A program made the translations under genes and the position numbers. 64,000 nt of DNA. Origin: Paraspadella gotoi (taxonomy: Eukaryota; Animalia; Chaetognatha). Positions within the stretch are counted from its first letter, which is position 1. Every line of letters begins with the position of its first letter. The notes below the pieces were generated by a model, which was given only the letters and a program-made list of their open reading frames with translations, was not told the origin of the DNA and searched no databases. Positions 60,387 to 64,000 of this stretch are shown here, one piece after another. Location of the stretch: the NCBI GenBank assembly GCA_051294375.1, contig CM119266.1, forward strand, positions 18,222,087 through 18,286,086, written 5' to 3'.

Positions 60387-63300
60387 TCATGCTTAAAATT
60401 TGAATGTCTAAACTTAATATGTCTAACATTATCTACAAATCATACTAATTTGTAAACCTCTCCTAACTAGTTCTATTGATATATTATTTAGTTATTATAT
60501 TATTTAAATTATATAAATTATTATAGATATTCAATTAGTAATTCAAATGGATTATTTCTTCTATAAAAATTAAGATACATATGTCATATATAATATCACT
60601 AATTGTTCTATAGTTTCTATTATCTTTGTTGTTCTATAAATTAAATTTTAATTTAATTTAAAATAATTTTATTATAAAATATTCGGTACGACATTGTGTT
60701 TTTACTATCAATTTGTTGCGTTTGAACATTTAGGATAGATACCATCTAGCGAGCTATTTTTAATTTATTTTTATATATTTTATGCCAGTCTCCTGGAGGA
60801 GATGTCAATATTCACTTGCAAAAACCGTTCTTAAAACTTCCTAGCGAATAGTTTCGAAGATATGGTCATAAACGATCAGCCTTCAAAGGCAAATTATCAG
60901 AATAAAATTTTCGAGTTTCTCAAAAGATTTCCTGACAGCGCTAGTACTTAACTAAAAAAAGAGGAAATTGAACTAAGCAAAAAGCCATAAATGAGCAAGA
61001 CAATGTGTACATCTGAAAGTGATTAGGTCTCTAGGAATTTTTCTTAAGTATTTTTAAAATATACAATAGGATTATAGTGAGATACTCCCAATTTTATTTA
61101 ACAGATTGTACTGCGAGTTCCAACCTTCATCTCCCGATGTAAAAAAGTTATTTTCTTCGGATAACATTTTGAAAGAAAAGGATAGCAATGGTGATGTGTG
61201 TATAAATTAAAGCCTAAACATGGACAACCTTTCTCAAAGAGTATATTAAATTTAATATCCTTTACACAGCTTTTGTTTAAATCATAGTAAAAGTAAACAA
61301 TTTTTTGTGGTTAAAAATTGCGAATGAAAGCAATGAATTTTTTTGTTTTTCCTTTTGTGAATTGAAAAAGGGAAGACTGAATTACATTTTGATTAACATT
61401 AATTTTCTCCTATACTGGAATAAAATTGCTTGATTTTTCAGTTTAAAGTAAAAAACAAGCAAAAATTATGTAGTAGCGTGATAAAATGTCTTTTAAATAG
61501 AAAAATGATAAATACAAAAATGTTTTAAGCTTGATAAAACAGTCTGACATCGACCAATAAATATATTATATTGTTCATCTTCTATTATCCACCGGAAACA
61601 AAAAGCTGGACACTGCTGTTTTCATAATAAACATTTTAAAAAATTACATAGCTGCGACATATTTTGATAAAGCCAATGACATTATTGGTGGTTTAATTGT
61701 ATTGGATAATTTTCTTAATAGAAAAAAAGAGAATTTTTTATTATCTTCTTCTTTTTATTTCTTAAAAAAAATTCAACTAAGGAAAAAAAAATTAAAATCT
61801 AACTCATCTTGAAAGTCAATCGGTTTACTGATTAAAAGTAGAATTTTTTATATACCTAGACATGGAAGTGCCCAAAACTTTAATTGATGTGCATACAAGG
61901 CGGAACCCGCATTCTGAATTTTTGTAATTTCCCTTTCACCATATATAAAAATTAATTATTTGCGAGATGTTGACATTATGACAATAGCCCTGGTTAAGGC
62001 TTCGTCCCCACTCCGAATGAATTTTTAAACGTAGTTTTTTCGCTATTTGATGACATAACACTATATCTTTGGTATTACTAGTTTTTCAATTTACACAATC
62101 TTACTTCAATACGTTAAGCGTGTCAAAAAAATAGGGTAAATAAAAGAGTAAACCGTTCCTAAATCGGATGGAGGAATCTAATTTAGGAAAATTATATATA
62201 TATATTATATAATATTATATATAATATTTCTATACAATATGTTTATATTTGTTTTATTTATTTTTTTTTATTTATTTATATTTTTATTATATTATATATA
62301 TATATATATAAATTATTTTATTCAGATTTATATATTAGTTTATATGTCTATTTATTGTTATATTTTGTATATCTATCTTTATATATATATATATCTATAT
62401 ATATATAGAATTATTATTGTAAATTTTTTATAAATATATTATATATAATATTATTTTATTCATTAAAAATTGTCTGGATATTTAGATTGATATTTTAAAG
62501 CATCCAACTAATATTATTATCTGTTTATTTATTTGAGATTTAATTTAATTAAACATCAAATATTTTTTTTTTATAATTTAAAAATAAAGTAATAATTTGT
62601 TTTATTTTTATTATATTTTTATATATTTTATTTTAAACATTTGTTTAAAGGCCTTTATAAGTATGATCTGTATTTTTGTATCTTTATTTTAAAAAAAAAT
62701 ATTCTATTGAATAGTACTTAATTGGATTAATCTTTGTTTTGAAAAAAAAAATTTAATTTTTTACGTATAATCTAATGAAAAATTGTAAAAAGTTGGGAGA
62801 GGTCTCAAATTAAACTATATGTTTTTGTAGATTAATGATATGATATATAAACATGTCATAATTGTAAGCACACAGACAAAATTTATTAAAGAATATTTTT
62901 CCAATTTTTTTCAAGATTAACAATTCCATAAGCTCCTGAAACAAAATTAAAAAACTAATACCTATTTAAACGCCAATAGGAAAGCCCAAGGTTTACTCAG
63001 GATTAGTCTGTTTTATACTTAATTTTAACATATTTAAAGTTAATAAAGGGAAAATAAAAAAATGTGACTTTAAAATGCCGAGAATTCGTTTTTTAAACAT
63101 CAAATAATTGGAAAAGTCATTTTTTTGATTTTTTAAAAAATAAAGTATGTAAGAAGTTTTTTCCGCTTCTTTAAATTGACAACAGGTAATTTGAGATTCT
63201 GACTGATATTTTTATAAGAATATCTATCATTTTTTAATTGGAAAAACCGTTTTTTTGCAAATTTTAAGAGAGTTGCAAAAGCACTGTATGATCGACTTTT

Positions 63301-64000
63301 TCAAAAACAAAGATAAGAAAAAAAATTAGTAGCTTATAGGGATAATTTGTACTATAGTGCTAAATTCTGAGTAAAAAACTTTATAAAATTTGCTAAAGCC
63401 TAATGGACATAATGTTTAATGTTTCCGAGAACAAGTCACTCAGCCGAAAAAAAAAAATACGGAAGAAAAAAACAAAGCGCTTTGGCACGGAAAAGAATCT
63501 TCGTTATGAGAACGGCGATTTCCTCTTCCTTCTTCCTTTCATCGTGTCTTTTTTCTTTCCTTTCAACGTGAGTTTCTTTTTTCGTCGGAATTGTGAACTG
63601 TGAACACGTCACGTGAATTAAAAACGAAAAAAACAAACAATAAATAATTATTTCTTATTCAACTTCCATACGACCAACGTTTGATTTTAAGACCATCTTT
63701 TCCTTATATTATCGTAATTGAAACAAAGCGAAAATTCAAATTTCACTGCTTTCCATTTTTGTACTCCTCTTCTTAACATCGTTTTCCTCTTCCAAACCCT
63801 TTTTGCAACTCGCTCGAACTGTTAACATTTTTTTCTCCTTCCCCACTCCTTGTGTGTCTTCATCTATTTTAATAATGATTTCCTGTTGTTTTTTCTTCTC
63901 GTTTTTTGTTCTCAGTCGCGTCGCCATCATCTATATCCATACTATCTTTCTTTCAATTTTCTTGGCCCTGTCCCCTAGGCCGTCTTCATTGCCCTCGTTC

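Noticed and set aside
63736-64000. Charged minus-strand ORF fragments at the window edge
   Set aside because: Truncated by the window, low complexity and without motifs; may be the end of a neighbouring gene but cannot be supported here.

Overview
Eukaryotic (animal-like), AT-rich draft assembly with many N gaps. 1-27 kb is dominated by (GA)n, (GAC)n and (GAAA)n microsatellites and contains the 3' exons of a C-type lectin-domain gene (+, about 6.3-7.1 kb). A 6-exon PDCL3 (phosducin-like 3) gene and a 16-exon DPH6 gene (diphthine-ammonia ligase with C-terminal RidA/YjgF-like domains) lie in tandem on the minus strand at 28.9-47.6 kb; I traced the splice phases by hand. A 7.3-kb DPH6 intron contains a nested XK-like ORF that overlaps a 7TM-receptor-like ORF in the +1 frame. 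Divergent from DPH6 is the most striking locus: one common exon (degenerate MADS/SRF-like N-terminus plus acidic/NLS linker) followed by a tandem array of paralogous phase-0 alternative last exons (three complete, one cut by a gap, one pseudo-exon) encoding variants of an unrecognised ~135-aa basic-tailed domain, an architecture like Drosophila mod(mdg4)/lola. Repeats include tRNA-derived SINEs, Helentron-like non-autonomous elements, MITEs, a solo LTR inserted in a LINE fragment, and inverted pairs of minimal hammerhead-ribozyme motifs of the Penelope type. All calls are by eye; no database searches were run.
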